Assembly (NCBI GenBank): GCA_014803765.1
Contig: JAAVBC010000010.1
Coordinates: forward strand, 26,451-90,450
DNA length: 64,000 nt
From: Bacteroides sp.
Lineage (GTDB): Bacteria; Bacteroidota; Bacteroidia; Bacteroidales; Muribaculaceae
Reading direction: 5' to 3'
Numbering within the stretch: the stretch's first letter is position 1; each line of letters begins with the position of its first letter. This document shows positions 20,819 to 29,813 of the stretch, one piece after another. Position numbers and translations under genes: made by a program. Under the pieces are notes generated by a model. The model saw only the letters and a list, made by a program, of their open reading frames with translations, did no database searches and was not told where the DNA came from.

Positions 20819-22183
20819 TCAGAGGAGGAGGGAAAGGATGCCGATGGAGTCGAGGAAGAGTAGGAAAATGGCGGTGGGGCATATCCACTTCAGGAAGAAT
20901 ACAAGGAGGCGGAAGAAGGGGAAGCGCTGTCTCCCTTCATTGGTGAACTGAGCCTGCAGTAGGCGCTTATCCATAACCCAGCCGACAAATACCGAACATA
21001 TCATGCCGCCAATCGGCAATGCGATGTTGGAGGACACATAGTCGAAAAGATTGAAGAATGTCATGCCACAGATGGTCAGTTCTTTCAAGGGTCCGAAACT
21101 AAACGCGCAAAGCAATCCGCCTGCCATCGCTATGGCTGAGGACACCAGTGTGGCTTTCCTCCGGCTCATCTTCTTTTCTTCCGTAAAGTATGTGATGGAA
21201 ATCTCACTCATCGACACTGTGGAGGTGATAGACGCTAAGAAGAGCAGAAGAAAGAAGAGGGTCGACCATATCGCTCCGCCGGGCAACTGCATGAAGATAA
21301 AGGGCAATACCTCAAACACGAGTGTCGGTCCGGATTCGGGAGATAACCCGAAGGAGAACACCGCCGGGAATATGATTATTCCGGCAAGCACTGCCACTCC
21401 GGAATCAAGCAACGCCGTAGTAATCGCCGTCTTTCCAAGCCGCGTATCGGCAGAAAAATAGGAAGCGTATGTCATCATGCACCCCAAGCCCAAACTCAGC
21501 GAGAAGAAAGACTGACCCAACGCACTGAGAAGCACCTTCGAGTTAATCTGACTGAAGTCGGGATGAAAAAGGAAGCTCAAACCTTCATTCCTGCCGGGAA
21601 GAGTGAGGGAGTTGATGCAAAAGGCTATCAGCAGCAAAAACAGAAGCGGCATCAATATATTCGAAGCACGCTCAATCCCCTTTGAAACTCCACCCAAGAG
21701 GATAAATGTATTGCAGAAAAGGAATATAACGGTCCACATCACAGGGCGCCAGCCCGTAGTCAGCGCCATAAACTGCGAATGTTCCCCCTCGGGATTACTG
21801 AAATCCAGCGAACCGGTGGCTGAGGATATACAATATTCTACCGTCCATCCTGCCACAACGGAGTAAAAACTCAAAATCAACAGCGATGCGATAATTCCCA
21901 AATACCCGGAAAATTGCCATTTCTGCCCGGGAGCCAATTGGCGGTAGGCTCCGAAGATATTGCTGCGTGTCGCACGCCCCATACTATACTCCGCGCATAG
22001 GACCGGCACTCCGAGGAGCAGCACGAAAGCAAAGTAGCATATAAGAAAAGCGCCCCCTCCATGAGTACCCGCCTCATAGGGGAAACGCCAGATATTTCCA
22101 AGACCTACCGCCGAACCGACGGTTGTAGCGATAGCCGCGAACTTTGAATTGAATACAGCTCTGTTTTCTGTCTTTTTTGTCAT
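20819..22183 (-). CDS. Sodium-dependent transporter (NSS/SNF family)
   Basis: GSAVGLGNIWRFPY signature and multiple TM helices. Confidence 0.95.
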   Translation of the reverse strand: MTKKTENRAVFNSKFAAIATTVGSAVGLGNIWRFPYEAGTHGGGAFLICYFAFVLLLGVPVLCAEYSMGRATRSNIFGAYRQLAPGQKWQFSGYLGIIASLLILSFYSVVAGWTVEYCISSATGSLDFSNPEGEHSQFMALTTGWRPVMWTVIFLFCNTFILLGGVSKGIERASNILMPLLFLLLIAFCINSLTLPGRNEGLSFLFHPDFSQINSKVLLSALGQSFFSLSLGLGCMMTYASYFSADTRLGKTAITTALLDSGVAVLAGIIIFPAVFSFGLSPESGPTLVFEVLPFIFMQLPGGAIWSTLFFLLLFLASITSTVSMSEISITYFTEEKKMSRRKATLVSSAIAMAGGLLCAFSFGPLKELTICGMTFFNLFDYVSSNIALPIGGMICSVFVGWVMDKRLLQAQFTNEGRQRFPFFRLLVFFLKWICPTAIFLLFLDSIGILSLLL

Positions 22184-22303
22184 TAATTCAGGGTTAGTGC
22201 AAGTAAGTATCTTAAGATTGATCTACCAAACTTAATACCTGCGAAATTTGAATACGTAAGCAATAGGCTCCCTTACATAACGCATAAACCCTGAATGATA
22301 TTA

Positions 22304-23224
22304 TTAGAGCAGCGTCAGTTTTGCCTCTGCGTCTTTTATTATTAAACGCACACGCCGCCCCTCCGTCACAGGAAAATTGTCGTCGATATGCCCGATCGGG
22401 AATCCGAGAACTACCGGACATTTTATTCCCCATTCCTTCAGGCGTTCTGAAATCATAGCCTCCATCGACGGGTAATTGCGGTCGGCATTATAGTCTGTGA
22501 ATCTGCCGAACACAATCCCGGCTGCCGCGTCAAGACTCCCTGCCAATTGCAGCCGCTTCAACATCCTCTCGACCTGATAGATTTTCTCTCCGACATCCTC
22601 CAGAAACAGCACTTTGCCGCGCAGATAATCCGGGGAAAGAATATCCCAGGGGGTTGCCGCCAGCCCATTCAGCACTGCCAGATTCCCTCCGACCAGCTCC
22701 CCTTCCGCTTCCCCTTCTATGCTCCCCTCGATAGCGGGAGTCGTGTATCTCACCTCCTCTTCCGGCTTTTCCATAAGCATGAAAATGCCATCAGTGAGAG
22801 AATCAAGGGGGTGGAGCGTCAGCTGCTTTGCCATTGAGGAATGGACAGACTGCACACCCGCCTTCTGCCAGAGAGCATGCAGCGCGGAAATATCGCTGAA
22901 TCCTATAATCCATTTCGGATTTCGGCTGACACTCTCCTGCAATTCCCGGGAGAGGAGATGCACGCATCCGTAGCCCCCGCGTCCGCATAGGATAGCCTTA
23001 ACTCTCGGATTCTCTATTGCAGCCTTCAGGTCGGCAAGGCGCTCGCGGTCGGTAGCCGCAAATATGCCATATTCATGCCCCCGCGTAAAGGGCATTTCAA
23101 TAGGTTCGTATCCCCGGCGCTTCAGTTCCGCTATCGCTCCATCGATATATTCCGATTTTATCTCTGTAGCCGGAGAGAGAATCGCAATGGCATCTCCGGG
23201 ACGTAATGGCGCAGGCGTCGACAT
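22304..23224 (-). CDS. LD-carboxypeptidase (peptidase S66)
   Basis: RGGYG, GFSDIS, GGNL, FLEDVGE and PIGH motifs. Start uncertain: several ATGs lie between 23224 and 23323. Confidence 0.9.
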   Translation of the reverse strand: MSTPAPLRPGDAIAILSPATEIKSEYIDGAIAELKRRGYEPIEMPFTRGHEYGIFAATDRERLADLKAAIENPRVKAILCGRGGYGCVHLLSRELQESVSRNPKWIIGFSDISALHALWQKAGVQSVHSSMAKQLTLHPLDSLTDGIFMLMEKPEEEVRYTTPAIEGSIEGEAEGELVGGNLAVLNGLAATPWDILSPDYLRGKVLFLEDVGEKIYQVERMLKRLQLAGSLDAAAGIVFGRFTDYNADRNYPSMEAMISERLKEWGIKCPVVLGFPIGHIDDNFPVTEGRRVRLIIKDAEAKLTLL

Positions 23225-23264
23225 TCGATTTAACATTGGATTTAATATGGGATTTGACATGGAG

Positions 23265-24047
23265 TCAGACTGTGACATTGATTCCTGCCCGACGAATCTC
23301 GTCGGCGATGCGTTCGAGTTCATCTTTTTCCACCTTTACGAGCGCTTCCTCAGGTGTGGAGCGATCAAGGGAGTAGATCATCACCTGGCGCGGATTGATA
23401 GCCTTATAGGCTTCAATCAGAGCTTTTATCTCTTCCGGAGTAGTGTTGTCGATCTTCTTGCCATTATGTTCGCCACGCAGGAACATCGTCTGAATCACAC
23501 CCTCTCCGGAGAATTGCTTAAGAGCTTCAATCAGACGCTCTACCGTAAATTCCTTGGATGCCGGATTATCGATGAGCCGCATTGTAGGCTCAATCGCAGA
23601 ATCGAGTTTGAGAATGTTATTGTCCACAAGTTTTAATGCCGCAGCCACTTTCGGGTCAAATATGCGTGTAGAGTTTGTCAGCACTGAGGTCTTGGCATTC
23701 GGAAAATACTTATCGCGGAGCTCATTGACAATCCCTACGACCTCCGGGAAGGCGGGATTCAGAGTCGGTTCGCCATTGCCGCTGAATGTAATGACATCCA
23801 GATTTTCCCCCTTCGACTTCATATCCTGAAGTTTAGCCTCAAGATCGCGGCGAAGTTTCTCGGCAGAGGGTAGACCTGTTGTGCCGGAACCCTGCGCGTT
23901 ATATCCCGCTTCACAATAAACGCAGTCGAAACTGCATATTTTTCCATCATCAGGGAGGAGGTTTATGCCGAGGGACGTACCCAGACGGCGGCTGTGTATC
24001 GGTCCGAACACTGTGGAATGAAAAAGGACCGTCTGATCTTTTGCCAT
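23265..24047 (-). CDS. Radical SAM protein (TYW1-like family, function unknown)
   Basis: FGPIHSRRLGTSLGINL, CSFDCVYCE (CxxxCxxC) and SGNGEPT motifs. Confidence 0.9.
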   Translation of the reverse strand: MAKDQTVLFHSTVFGPIHSRRLGTSLGINLLPDDGKICSFDCVYCEAGYNAQGSGTTGLPSAEKLRRDLEAKLQDMKSKGENLDVITFSGNGEPTLNPAFPEVVGIVNELRDKYFPNAKTSVLTNSTRIFDPKVAAALKLVDNNILKLDSAIEPTMRLIDNPASKEFTVERLIEALKQFSGEGVIQTMFLRGEHNGKKIDNTTPEEIKALIEAYKAINPRQVMIYSLDRSTPEEALVKVEKDELERIADEIRRAGINVTV

Positions 24048-24137
24048 ATCTTATATATCTATTACATGTTTCGCAAGCGAAACTTACCTAACGAATTTAA
24101 AAGTATTCTGCTCTTGTCTGAAAGAGGAGCGGGAGAA

Positions 24138-24926
24138 TCAACGCAGTCGGCGAACCGGCATAAGCGACGCGGCTCCATAAAGCGCTATGAGCAGGAGCAC
24201 TATGGCGGCGGAGGCAGGCACTGATATCAGCCATGCTATCCAGAGTCCCCCGAGTCCTCCGATAAGGGAAATACCGACCGAAAGCAGGAGCAGACGGAGA
24301 TAGCGCCCCGTGAAACGCTCGGCTATCATCTGAGGCAGCGACACGAGCGACATCAGCAGCATTATACCGATAAGCCGGATCGTCATCACAATCCCGACTG
24401 CCACCAACACCGTCATCGCCATATCTATCCATTTCACGGGCAGATTGCGAGTCCGCGCAAAGTCGGCATCGAAACTGACAGTCACTATCAGAGGATAGAA
24501 AAGCGCAAAGAAGAGTATCAGCACCCCGGTGAAGACCGCAAATTCCAGCAAATCGCCTTGCGTTATAGTCAGAACATTGCCAAAGAGAAATGTGTTCAGC
24601 TCGGGCACATATCCGCTCGTAAGGAAGATAAAAAGTATGCCTAATGCCATCCCCAACGCCCATATCACTGCGATTGCCGAATCTTTTCTCGCTCCGCGCT
24701 TTGAGAGCCAGTCGACCCCTAACGCACCCCCTACGGCGAATACTCCCGCCATCAGCATCGGGGAAATCCCGAGAAAATAGCCTAATCCCAGACCTCCGAA
24801 ACAGGCATGGGTTATCCCTCCGGAGATGAAGACCATCCTGCGGGTCACTATGTAGGTGCCTATAATTGCCGCTGCTATTGAGATTAGTGTTACGCCCAAT
24901 GTGGCGTTTTGCATGAATCCGAACAT
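24138..24926 (-). CDS. Metal (Zn/Mn) ABC transporter permease, ZnuB-like
   Basis: GTYIVTRRMVFISGGITHACFGG, LFGNVL and SFDADFA motifs. Confidence 0.92.
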   Translation of the reverse strand: MFGFMQNATLGVTLISIAAAIIGTYIVTRRMVFISGGITHACFGGLGLGYFLGISPMLMAGVFAVGGALGVDWLSKRGARKDSAIAVIWALGMALGILFIFLTSGYVPELNTFLFGNVLTITQGDLLEFAVFTGVLILFFALFYPLIVTVSFDADFARTRNLPVKWIDMAMTVLVAVGIVMTIRLIGIMLLMSLVSLPQMIAERFTGRYLRLLLLSVGISLIGGLGGLWIAWLISVPASAAIVLLLIALYGAASLMPVRRLR

Positions 24927-24945
24927 ATATTCGCAGGTTATATTC

Positions 24946-26286
24946 TTACTTATTACTTATCTGAAAGCCGAGGCGACTGAGCATCTCCCAGTAGCGCGGA
25001 AAGGATTTCCCGACAACCTCCGGACGTTCTATTTTTATCTCGTCGAATCTGCATGCCGCAGGCGCGAACGCCATCGCCATGCGATGATCGGAATATGTAG
25101 ATATCAAGGGAGCCTCCTCCGGTTTGCATAGCTCTCCGTCCCAGAAAAGACTATCTTCATCTGCTTGGAGGATATAGCCTAATTTACGCATTTCCGTCTG
25201 GAGAGACGCAAGACGATCCGTCTCTTTATGTCGCAGATGATGAACCGATGTAAAACGGAATCTCACACCTGCCAGCGCGAACCCTACAGCCAATGCCGGC
25301 ACAAGGTCGGGCGTATCATTCATATCCCATTCCTGAATTTCCCGCGATTCTATAACCTCCGCAAGTTTCTCAGAGCGGCAGATGAGTTCTGCCTCTCCCG
25401 AGTCTACGATCATTGTCTCCACTCCCAATTTCCCAAAAATCTCCGCGCAACGTGAGTCACCCTGCAGCGAACTGCCCGAGGGCGTGAGCGACTTCAGTCG
25501 GACAGGTGTATCGGGCAGAAGAATGGCTGCCTCATAGAAATAGGATGCCGCACTCCAATCCGGTTCTATAGGGAATTCCTTCGGAGCGGAACAGAGCGCG
25601 GGGGGAGTTGAGATAGTCAGATTCCCTGCTTCATCTGTTTCAATACTGGATTTTATACCGAAGCGCGACATTATTTCAAGGGTCATTCGGATATAAGGCA
25701 TCGAGACCGGCGTTGCGCCGACAAAGAGTATTTTCTGCCCCCCGTCCCATAGCGGAGACGCAAGGAGCAGGGCGGATATAAACTGCGAACTTACTCCGGG
25801 ATTCATCTCTATCTCCCGGGCTTTAAGTCTGCGCCCTATGATGCGTAGCGGCAGATGAGATTCCCTTCGGAGAGAACGCACATCGGCGCCCGCTTCGCGA
25901 AGCCCGTCAAGAAGAATACCCAATGGTCGCTTCATAAGCCCGCGCGAACCGCTGACTGTCAAATCCACACCCTCAACCGAGGCGGCAAGAGCAGTGAAGA
26001 AACGAACCGGCGCACCCCCCTCGCCGATATACACGCAATTCCTTCCTCCCGCATCAGTCAAATGATTCAGCGCTCTCGCCATCCCCTCTACATCCTCGGC
26101 ATCGGGATACTCCGGGATATAGGCTTCTGCCACATTCTGCGCCCGACACACTCCATTGAGGGTCATGACGCGCAACGCCACTGATTTCGACAGGGGAAGT
26201 TCGACGACACCTGCCGAAGAATTACGGCTATCCGGCTCATCGCCATGCCCGGGGTTATATCTTACTTCTGCAATCTTCATATTCAT
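24946..26286 (-). CDS. aroA: EPSP synthase
   Basis: LPLSKS, SSQFISALL, DWSAASYF, KETDR, DHRMAM and KSFP motifs. Start approximate. Confidence 0.93.
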   Translation of the reverse strand: MNMKIAEVRYNPGHGDEPDSRNSSAGVVELPLSKSVALRVMTLNGVCRAQNVAEAYIPEYPDAEDVEGMARALNHLTDAGGRNCVYIGEGGAPVRFFTALAASVEGVDLTVSGSRGLMKRPLGILLDGLREAGADVRSLRRESHLPLRIIGRRLKAREIEMNPGVSSQFISALLLASPLWDGGQKILFVGATPVSMPYIRMTLEIMSRFGIKSSIETDEAGNLTISTPPALCSAPKEFPIEPDWSAASYFYEAAILLPDTPVRLKSLTPSGSSLQGDSRCAEIFGKLGVETMIVDSGEAELICRSEKLAEVIESREIQEWDMNDTPDLVPALAVGFALAGVRFRFTSVHHLRHKETDRLASLQTEMRKLGYILQADEDSLFWDGELCKPEEAPLISTYSDHRMAMAFAPAACRFDEIKIERPEVVGKSFPRYWEMLSRLGFQISNK

Positions 26287-26309
26287 AAAGAATAGGGGGG
26301 ATAGAAATT

Positions 26310-27602
26310 TTACTTTAAAAGACACGCATCTCCATAGCTGAGGAAACGATACCCATTGGCAAGCGCTTCATCATACAGCCTGCGCCATTCCGGCTCACCA
26401 GCCGCAATCTCTTCTTCACTTTTTTGGCGATCCAAAAAACTGCTGACGAGAAGCAGAAGTGTGGATTGGGGCTGATGAAAGTTAGTGACCATCCCTCCGA
26501 TTATTCTCCAGCGGAAACCCGGAGCTATCATGATAGAGGTGGAGGCGGAAAGCGCCTCAAGTCCTTTTGCCTTCAGTTCATCCCGAAGTTTGCGGAGGAG
26601 AGTCAGAGTGTCGTAAGCGGCAATATCCTCTGAATACGCCAGCCATTGCGGGAGATGCATTGCATTGACATCACTGACATCATGCGTCATCGCCAGCCAG
26701 CCGAAGTAGGGGAGTGATTCTATGGTACGCACTGAGGTTGTGCCGACTGCCATTATATTCCGCCCTTCCTCCATTGCTCTGATGATAGCTTCGATCACAG
26801 GAAGGTCGACATGGATTGTCTCCGTGTGCATGGGATGGTCGCCGATATTCTCACTTTTCACGGGCTGAAACGTGCCCGCACCGACATGCAGAGTCACTTT
26901 GCGTACTTCCACACCCTTCTCCGCGAGTCGCGAAAAGAGTTCGGGAGTAAAGTGTAAACCTGCCGTGGGAGCGGCTACGGATCCTTCGACACGGGAATAG
27001 ACCGTCTGATAATCCTGCAGATCGGATTCTTCTGAGGAGCGGTTGAGATATGGCGGTATGGGGATATTTCCGGCAGCCTCCACGACGGAAGCAAAAGTCA
27101 CGTCAGGATTATCCCAGCTGAATTTCACCCTACGGGACGCCGACGGCATCTCCCCCTCTTCAAGCGGCAGAAGACGCACAGTGAGTCTGACAGGCTCCTC
27201 CACTCCGGGGATATGGATAGTCTTGGTCAGTTCTTCCTCTTTCCATTTTTTCAGATTTCCTATCATACATGTCCACACACACTCATTGCGGGCGGCGAAG
27301 GAGAGGACATAATCGGAAGGGTCGACTGGTTCGAGGACAAACACCTCTATTCTGGCACCCGATTGACGAAAGAACTCCATGCGGGCATTGATGACTTTCG
27401 TCTCATTGCATAGCAGCAGTGTGCCGGGAGCGATGTATTCCGGAAGGGAGGAGAATATCTTATGCTCGATTTTTCCGTCCGGATGATGCACAATCATCTT
27501 GCAGGCGTCTCTCTGCGCAAGGGGATGCAGAGCGATTTTTTCATCCGGAAGAGGATAATCGAAATTTTCTATATGAATTTCTTTAATTTTTTCTAAGTTC
27601 AT
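26310..27602 (-). CDS. queA: S-adenosylmethionine:tRNA ribosyltransferase-isomerase
   Basis: DYQTVY, AAPTAGLHF, LHVGAGTF, TNFHQP and FLSYGD motifs. Confidence 0.97.
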   Translation of the reverse strand: MNLEKIKEIHIENFDYPLPDEKIALHPLAQRDACKMIVHHPDGKIEHKIFSSLPEYIAPGTLLLCNETKVINARMEFFRQSGARIEVFVLEPVDPSDYVLSFAARNECVWTCMIGNLKKWKEEELTKTIHIPGVEEPVRLTVRLLPLEEGEMPSASRRVKFSWDNPDVTFASVVEAAGNIPIPPYLNRSSEESDLQDYQTVYSRVEGSVAAPTAGLHFTPELFSRLAEKGVEVRKVTLHVGAGTFQPVKSENIGDHPMHTETIHVDLPVIEAIIRAMEEGRNIMAVGTTSVRTIESLPYFGWLAMTHDVSDVNAMHLPQWLAYSEDIAAYDTLTLLRKLRDELKAKGLEALSASTSIMIAPGFRWRIIGGMVTNFHQPQSTLLLLVSSFLDRQKSEEEIAAGEPEWRRLYDEALANGYRFLSYGDACLLK

Positions 27603-27712
27603 AGCGATTTTGTATATAGCTGAATTTCAATATATTTTCTAAACACCAGGGTTAAAATCGACCTCATTTGGAAAATAAAATTGAAATTTCTTTACAAATT
27701 TAGCAAAAAAAA

Positions 27713-27744
27713 TTTGGAGAATTGAAAAAAACGTCTTAACTTTG
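27713..27744 (+). promoter_or_regulatory. Sigma-A promoter for the tRNA-Val pair
   Basis: TTTG at 27713-27716, a 20-nt spacer, then TAACTTTG at 27737-27744. Confidence 0.8.
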
Positions 27745-27756
27745 CAATCGCAAATC

Positions 27757-27834
27757 GGGCGATTAGCTCAGCTGGTTTAGAGCGTCTGCCTTACAAGCAG
27801 AGGGTCTGCGGTTCGAATCCGTAATCGCCCACCA
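27757..27834 (+). tRNA. tRNA-Val(TAC), CCA encoded
   Basis: GGGCGAT...ATCGCCC-A-CCA; anticodon loop CTTACAA. Confidence 0.97.
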
Positions 27835-27883
27835 TTCGCAAAATCTACATATAGGAGAATCCCCATTGGGGTGCATCCAACTC

Positions 27884-27958
27884 GGGCGATTAGCTCAGCT
27901 GGTTTAGAGCGTCTGCCTTACAAGCAGAGGGTCTGCGGTTCGAATCCGTAATCGCCCA
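27884..27958 (+). tRNA. tRNA-Val(TAC), identical second copy without CCA
   Basis: Same sequence as 27757-27831. Confidence 0.97.
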
Positions 27959-27959
27959 C

Positions 27960-27991
27960 AAAAAAGCTTCCGATTCTCGGAAGCTTTTTTT
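27960..27991. terminator. Bidirectional terminator after tRNA-Val
   Basis: AAAAAAGCTTCCGA-TTC-TCGGAAGCTTTTTTT. Confidence 0.9.
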
Positions 27992-28081
27992 ATTTCCAAC
28001 CCCCAACTAAATTTCCGGCTCAAAGGTCCATAGCTCACTGTTCGGTAACGAAGTGCGAGGTCTGGATGACTTTGAGTTAAT

Positions 28082-28789
28082 ATGTTTCCCGATAATTCAA
28101 TAGTTGTGAGTGACATAATTAAAATAGAAGATGTAAAAAAGGTAATAATGCCTTTAAGAGGGCATAGTGTTATCCCCGATTTCTTAGTTGCGCATTTATA
28201 CGGAGTGCAGACTAAGGAAGTTAATCAGGCAGTCAGAAACAATCCCGATAAATTTCCTGAAGGGTTCATTCTTGAATATTCAAAAGAAGAGAAGGCTGAA
28301 CTGGTCAAAAATTTTGACCAGTTCAATATAAAACACTCTTCAGCGACAATTAAGGCGTTTACAGAAAAGGGCTTATACATGCTGGCTACTATATTGAAAA
28401 GTCGTATCGCAACACAAACTACGTTGGCTATTGTAAATACTTTTGCAGAAGTAAGAGAGTTGAAACGTAGTCTTTTAGAGATTCATGATACAGAGTCTCA
28501 GCAAGACAAGAAGATGGGGATGAAGCGTATTGGGGACATTCTTGCAGACTTAATTATGCCAGACCTCGAAACCACCGAAACTCAGTCATCTCTTGAATTC
28601 AACTTTGTCATTGGGAAATTAAAACATTCTGTGACTCGCCAGAGGAGGAATGATAATGCCGACATTATTCTTAGAGAAAAAGTTATCTTTGCCAAAAGGC
28701 TTCTTTTAAAAGGCTTCCAAGAAAAGGATGTATTAGAATTAGCCAACATAACAGAGAGCGACATAATTAAAATTAAAGATTTATTGTAG
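28082..28789 (+). CDS. ORF6N-domain DNA-binding protein
   Basis: LYGVQTKEVNQAVRNNPDKFPEGF...AFTEKGLYMLATILKS is the ORF6N signature. AT-rich relative to its neighbours. Confidence 0.88.
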   Translation: MFPDNSIVVSDIIKIEDVKKVIMPLRGHSVIPDFLVAHLYGVQTKEVNQAVRNNPDKFPEGFILEYSKEEKAELVKNFDQFNIKHSSATIKAFTEKGLYMLATILKSRIATQTTLAIVNTFAEVRELKRSLLEIHDTESQQDKKMGMKRIGDILADLIMPDLETTETQSSLEFNFVIGKLKHSVTRQRRNDNADIILREKVIFAKRLLLKGFQEKDVLELANITESDIIKIKDLL

Positions 28790-28886
28790 CCGGTGCTTGT
28801 CAAAAGATAAGCTCCTTCGACAGATTGAATCTCTGGAGTAAAGATACAAGGCTATCAGACAGAAGCTGTCGATAATACTACCCGGA

Positions 28887-29231
28887 TTACTTGAAGCGAT
28901 GGAGGTCGCGGGCAGTCTTTTTCGCTATGCTTTCGCGGAGGGCGTCTGTAAGGTCAATGCCGCTCTGATTGGCAAGGCAGATAAGCACCCATAACACGTC
29001 TGCCATCTCTTCCTTCAGACTCTTGTCCAAATCTCCCTTCTTCGCCACCTGCTCCCCATATTTACGCGCTATAACGCGGGCTAATTCCCCGACCTCCTCC
29101 GTCAGTAACACCATATTCGTCAGATGCGAGAAATATCCATTGCCGATCTCCTGAATCCATTGATCGACCCTCCTCTGAGCTTCCGAAATAGTCAGCTCTC
29201 CTGTCTCTGTGTCTTTACTATCCTCCATCAT
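28887..29231 (-). CDS. MazG-like nucleotide pyrophosphohydrolase
   Basis: LTEEVGELAR...EEMADVLWVL.CLANQ motif. The start region is duplicated (29249 or 29231). Confidence 0.92.
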   Translation of the reverse strand: MMEDSKDTETGELTISEAQRRVDQWIQEIGNGYFSHLTNMVLLTEEVGELARVIARKYGEQVAKKGDLDKSLKEEMADVLWVLICLANQSGIDLTDALRESIAKKTARDLHRFK

Positions 29232-29245
29232 TCTTTTTTCCCTCA

Positions 29246-29788
29246 TCATTCTTTTTTCCCTCCTTTATCAGCTCCGCCTGCGTTGTGATCTTCCGGATGT
29301 TTCTGAACTTTGACCGACATGGCGCCGGTGCCTGACGCCGCAGCAGCCGAAAGATGGGCAATCAGTTTTCTGACCTTCCCCTCAATTCTCTCCATCGGCA
29401 GCACTTCATCCGCCATATACACCAATGCTACCCCCATCAGGCGAATCTCAGGATTGCAATCAATCACCTCCCGCAGCGCACGACGATTCAGACGCCAAGC
29501 CTCGCGAACCCGGCGCCGCAGAAGGACTCTATCCACAGCATGACGTATCTTCCGCTTCGGAATAGTAATCATCACCTGAAGCGGCGCCATCCTGTCAGGC
29601 ACGCCGACCTTAAAACTATCCCTCAGCTCCTCCTCCGTCCAGGTTTTGAAGAGCATTCGGAGGGGATAGTCGAATTTCTTCTTCCCGTCGGCAAATAATC
29701 CGTCGACGAGCGATTTATGCCTGAGCCGTTCTGATTTGGGAAATGTCAGTCTTATATTATCTTCCATAACGGAGCTATTATCTTCCAT
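29246..29788 (-). CDS. rnpA: Ribonuclease P protein component
   Basis: TFPKSERL and IPKRKIRHAVDRVLLRRRVREAWRLN (RNR-like) motifs. Duplicated N-terminus MEDNSSVMEDN. Confidence 0.88.
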   Translation of the reverse strand: MEDNSSVMEDNIRLTFPKSERLRHKSLVDGLFADGKKKFDYPLRMLFKTWTEEELRDSFKVGVPDRMAPLQVMITIPKRKIRHAVDRVLLRRRVREAWRLNRRALREVIDCNPEIRLMGVALVYMADEVLPMERIEGKVRKLIAHLSAAAASGTGAMSVKVQKHPEDHNAGGADKGGKKE

Positions 29789-29813
29789 AACGGATAATTA
29801 TTCTGATTACGGA

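Noticed and set aside
27757-28880. Integrative element at tRNA-Val with attL/attR
   Set aside because: Both tRNA copies are complete and adjacent. There is no integrase and no tRNA 3'-end repeat downstream of ORF6N.
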